Positions 60,147 to 64,000 of a stretch of DNA of 64,000 nt are shown one piece after another. The DNA comes from Lytechinus pictus (Eukaryota). The stretch spans positions 7,256,001-7,320,000 of the forward strand of contig NC_087251.1 in assembly GCF_037042905.1 (NCBI RefSeq), written 5' to 3'. Under the pieces are notes generated by a model that ran no database searches, was not told where the DNA came from, and was given only the letters and a program-made list of their open reading frames with translations. The position numbers were made by a program, and so were the translations under genes. The stretch's first letter is position 1; each line of letters opens with the position of its first letter.

Positions 60147-62229
60147 GAAGGGGGGGGGCCAAGGGCCTCCTCGGCCCCCCCATGGATCCGCGCCTGACTG
60201 ACAGGGCATATATATTATAATAATAAGCCACTGACAGATCCCTATCAATTTTGGATATACTTCTTCGGTTTAAAAATTAATGTCCATCATGAAATGCTCC
60301 CACTAATATTAGTATTTCTTGATCCATGACATATTCTTCAAAGTATTTATTTAAAAAAAGGATAGGCATGTTACTAATGAATGGTGCAGGTGTTTTAGAA
60401 AGTCAAAATACAGTATTTTTCGTACCATTAACTTTATGAAAAAAATGCACTATTATATGACGCGTTTTCTTTCTATCATAAGCGTGATTCCATCTTTCAG
60501 ATCATTAACATTGTGTACTGTATGTCGCTTGCACGATGGCGCCAGCTGAGAGAAAGAGCAACTGGCAATTATGTTTTTTTTTTGAGAGGCTGATGAATAA
60601 TATGATGGAAAATATGTTCTAATGAAGCATCTATTGTGACGAGTGACTAATAGCCTGCTGGGGCTGGGGGGTGTAGAGTAATTTTAACATGGAGAAAAAA
60701 GTTGGAAGCGAGCGAAACGACCGAACAAAAAATTTACCTTTTTGATACAAAAATAAAATTTTGTGATATGGATTTTGACGTACTTTTCAGAATATTATAT
60801 CATATTTCACCACTCTCCACTTCTTTTCCCTTTTTGATCCTATTTGTCTTGTGAAAAAAATTATGGGATGGCCCCAAGCCTCCCCCTCCCATCGGTACGC
60901 CAGTGACCTGGAATCAAGACGAGAAGAAGTCGAGAAAAGATGGAATATGATTATTGACTATCATCAAAGGCTGATTCAACCCTAATTTGGTTTGGGTGCC
61001 TTTTTATTTTAATTCTTACTGTGGGGTGTGACTTCAACAATGTCTCACTTTTGTTCTTTTATGTAGGCCACCCTCTCCCCTGCTAGTAAATACTTAAAAA
61101 TTTATTGGTAGCCGGAGGGTGGCTTACACACAAGAATTAAAGTGCTTTCAATGGGTTATGCAGTGAGGCAGGTGCATTGCTGTGTCAGTGCATACAATAG
61201 ATTATATCCTACATAAATTAAATCATGTATGCTAATTGATTTAAATAGCATCATGAATAAATAGAGAAAACTATATTTAGCGTACTGCTGAAAATTTCAT
61301 CAAAATCTTATTTTCATGGATGACGTCATCAGTCTCATCATTTGCATACCGACCAGGATGTGCATATAACTGTTTTGTGAAATTAAACAAAATTTTCAAA
61401 TATCAAAATTTCTTATTTTACATCCGATTTTGATGAATTTTCTGTGTTAAGCTTGTTAGATTTTTCTCTTTTTGTTCAAATTATCTTTTTGTTGGGATGG
61501 ACTTGTCCTTTAAGTTTATATGATGGCGGAAAACTATGTTTATCATTGATTATGATAAACAAGGTTTTTCTCGATAAACACAGGTTTCCTGTGATAAAAT
61601 GAATTTTTCAAAGTGAAAAACAAAATTTTCAATTGATGTGCAGAGTTTCTTTAAAAACCTATAGTTAATCACCTTGAAAAACTTACAGCTTATCGCTTGA
61701 AAAACTTTGCTTATCTTTGATAAACCTGTTCCTGTTTATCACCTCGATAAACATGGTTTTTCAAAGTGATAAATTAAGTTTATTAATTAAAAAACTTATA
61801 GTTTATATTTTGATATGCATAGTTTTTCTCGAATAATTCAGTTTTCTTGAAAAAAAAATATTTAGATCTCTCGAAAACTGAGTTTATCTAAAGTATTGGG
61901 CATTGGGCTTGCTATACCCCCCCCCCCCATTGGCGGCGGAGGCATCAAAATTTAGGGGGGGGGGCGAAAACAATACTTTCACCCACATTTTCCCCAGTAG
62001 CTAAATCCTGACTTTTTTATTTTTTGTTCAGGGGGTAGCCCCCACTAAAGTCTGAAGTTTTAAGAACATCTTATTTTTTTTCTCACAAACAAGATCAGAT
62101 ATCTGATAAGACAGGAGTGTGTCCAGGATTTTGCACCCGAGGGCCCGACCTGATTTTGGTGCCCCCGTATACTTTTCGAAAAATGGCGCCCCCCCCCCAT
62201 GAACATGAACCATAAACACGATGTTTATC

Positions 62230-63350
62230 TAATAAACATTTTATGCGAGCGGGTAGCGTGAGCTGAAATTTTTTTATATTCCGACACGAAACTGGACATT
62301 CTAGCTATCTTTTTTTAAACCATGAACAGGATGGATATCTATCTACACAATATTGATGCAAGCGTAAAGCGCGAGCTGAACAATTTCGATATTCTGACCT
62401 AAGATTTTGGCATTTCTAGAACACTTTTGGTGATCATGAGCAAGACGGGTATCTAACTAAACATTTTATGCGAACACGTAGCGCGAGCTGAAAATTTTTG
62501 ATATTCCAAACCCAAAACTGGACATTCTAAGCACATTTTGTAACCATCAACAGGATGGGTATCTACATGTATCTAAACAATCCAAATTTTTAGATATTTT
62601 GACTTAAAATTTGGACATTCTAAGCACTTTTAGTAATCATGAACAAGATGGGTATACTAAAAAGCATTTTTAGGTAAGCACGAGCTGAAAATTTTTGATA
62701 TTCCGACCCGAAACTTGTGATTCTAAGCACTTTTTGTGACCCTGAACAGCTAGGATGGGTATTTATCTAAACAATTCATGCGAGCGCGAAGCGCGAGCTG
62801 AAAACTTTGATATTCTGACCTAAAATTTAGACATTCTAAGCACTTTTGGTAATCATGAAAAGGATGGATGTCTAACTAAACATTGAATGCGAGCGCGAAG
62901 CGTGAGCTAAACATTTTTATATCCTGACTTTTGGTAATCATGAAAAGGATGGGTATGTAACTAAACATGTTATACAAGTGCGAAGCGCGAGCTAAATTTT
63001 TTTGATATTCTGACCTAAGATTTAGACATTCTAGGCACTTTTGGTAATCGTAAAAAGGATGGATATTCAACTAAACATTTTATGCGAGTGTGAGGAGCGA
63101 GATGAAAATAAGTGATTTACTGAATTGAAAGGGAACACTTAATTCAATTTTTTGTTGCTGTAATTCATGAAGAGAATACGTGTTTTTTATATTCAGTAAT
63201 TTTTGTAAGCAAGAACAGAATGCAAAGAAAACTCGATTCACGAGCAAAATGATTTGTGCATATTGACTTTAAAATGAGATATTCAAAGCTCCATGAAATC
63301 TACGTGAGCAGATTATCTTCTTGTACAGGGAATGTGAGCGCGAAGCGCGA
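62230..63350 (+). repeat. Tandem array of about 110-bp units (TE-internal type, related to 56.7-57.3 kb)
   Basis: tgcgagcgcgaagcgcgagctgaaa...ggacattctaagcactttt...catgaacaggatggg...ctaaac, about 9 units. Confidence 0.85.
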
Positions 63351-63690
63351 GCAATATTTTGATTTTTATGGACCCGAGTTTTTTCCCCCTATTATTCCCC
63401 TCCCCTTATTTAATTCACGTTTCTTCTTTTCTTTTTTTTTTATATTGCTCTAATGTTTTTCTTCTTCCTTTTTTTCGAGCGGGTGGGATCTAGGGAGCAA
63501 ATCCCCTGGCAGCTTCAAAATTCTGATATTTCTAAGGGTATTTTATAAGAAAGAAATATTTATCTGAAATCAACATTCTAAAATTGTCAATTTAATCTCA
63601 TTAATGTTTTTTTAAGGTATAAGACCAGGCAAAAACAATAACCATGTTTTTTTCTTTTATATATATATAAAATTGAAAAAAAAAATCACT

Positions 63691-63927
63691 GATGATGATG
63701 ATGATGATGGGTTCTTGTATAGCGCCTGTATCCGCCTCAGCTGGGCGCTCATGGCGCTTGCTCACAAATAAGAAATATCTCACAAATTTCAATGTCTTCA
63801 AACAGTGCTTAGGATCATCATTCGGTTCAAGTACTGTCCAAGTAAGGCTACAATTGAGTTATTCTTGCAATAATGTTGGAGTGGGGAACAGAAAAGTCTT
63901 CAGGTAAGACTCAAAAGTTGATTGGGT
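63691..63927 (-). mobile_element. 3' end remnant of an L2-type LINE
   Basis: - strand encodes ...STFESYLKTFLFPTPTLLQE* (L2 ORF2 C-terminal FxxxLKTxLF motif), then agcgccatgag...ggcgctatacaa and a (CAT)n tail. Confidence 0.7.
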
Positions 63928-64000
63928 ACAATATAAATCTAAAGTGCAATAATCAATCGTGCTCTATAATAATTTGGATAGTACTTATTTGATTATATTT

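Larger units (their letters stand above)
51909..60196. mobile_element. 8.3-kb composite hAT-like element without transposase
   Basis: actgacag|CAGGCGCGGATCCA ... TGGATCCGCGCCTG|actgacag; perfect 14-bp TIR and perfect 8-bp TSD. Confidence 0.85.

Noticed and set aside
59080..60248. Four overlapping ORFs of 307-383 aa (F/L/P/S-rich and K/R/E/G-rich)
   Set aside because: Artefact of a C/T-only tract that cannot contain stop codons on either strand; no domain-like sequence.

Overview
AT-rich, repeat-dense animal genomic DNA with spliceosomal GT-AG introns. The repeat families look like those of an invertebrate deuterostome, probably a sea urchin; this is an inference and was not verified. Two convergent protein-coding genes can be assembled by hand with consistent splice phases. 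(1) AP2S1 (AP-2 sigma subunit, + strand, 142 aa): probable ATG-only exon at 6259-6261, then 12751-12900, 17683-17796 and 18312-18473. (2) An ARHGAP11A/MP-GAP-like RhoGAP (- strand, 10 coding exons from 46914 to 24693, 1317 aa) with a CCAAT + CHR cell-cycle-type promoter. Almost everything else is non-autonomous mobile DNA, identified by TIRs and target-site duplications (TSDs): Ginger1-like, MULE-like, hAT-like (including an 8.3-kb composite), Kolobok-like, piggyBac-like, Harbinger-like and Tc1/mariner-like elements. There are also a Helentron/HINE-like element, a tRNA-derived SINE, LINE 3' ends and a Penelope-type minimal hammerhead ribozyme motif. No transposase or RT ORF, CRISPR array, rRNA or true tRNA gene is seen. 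I found no clearly new biological system. The best leads are the intronic hammerhead motif, the 8.3-kb cargo-carrying hAT element, repeated insertion at one 9-bp target, and inverted repeats bracketing AP2S1 intron 1.
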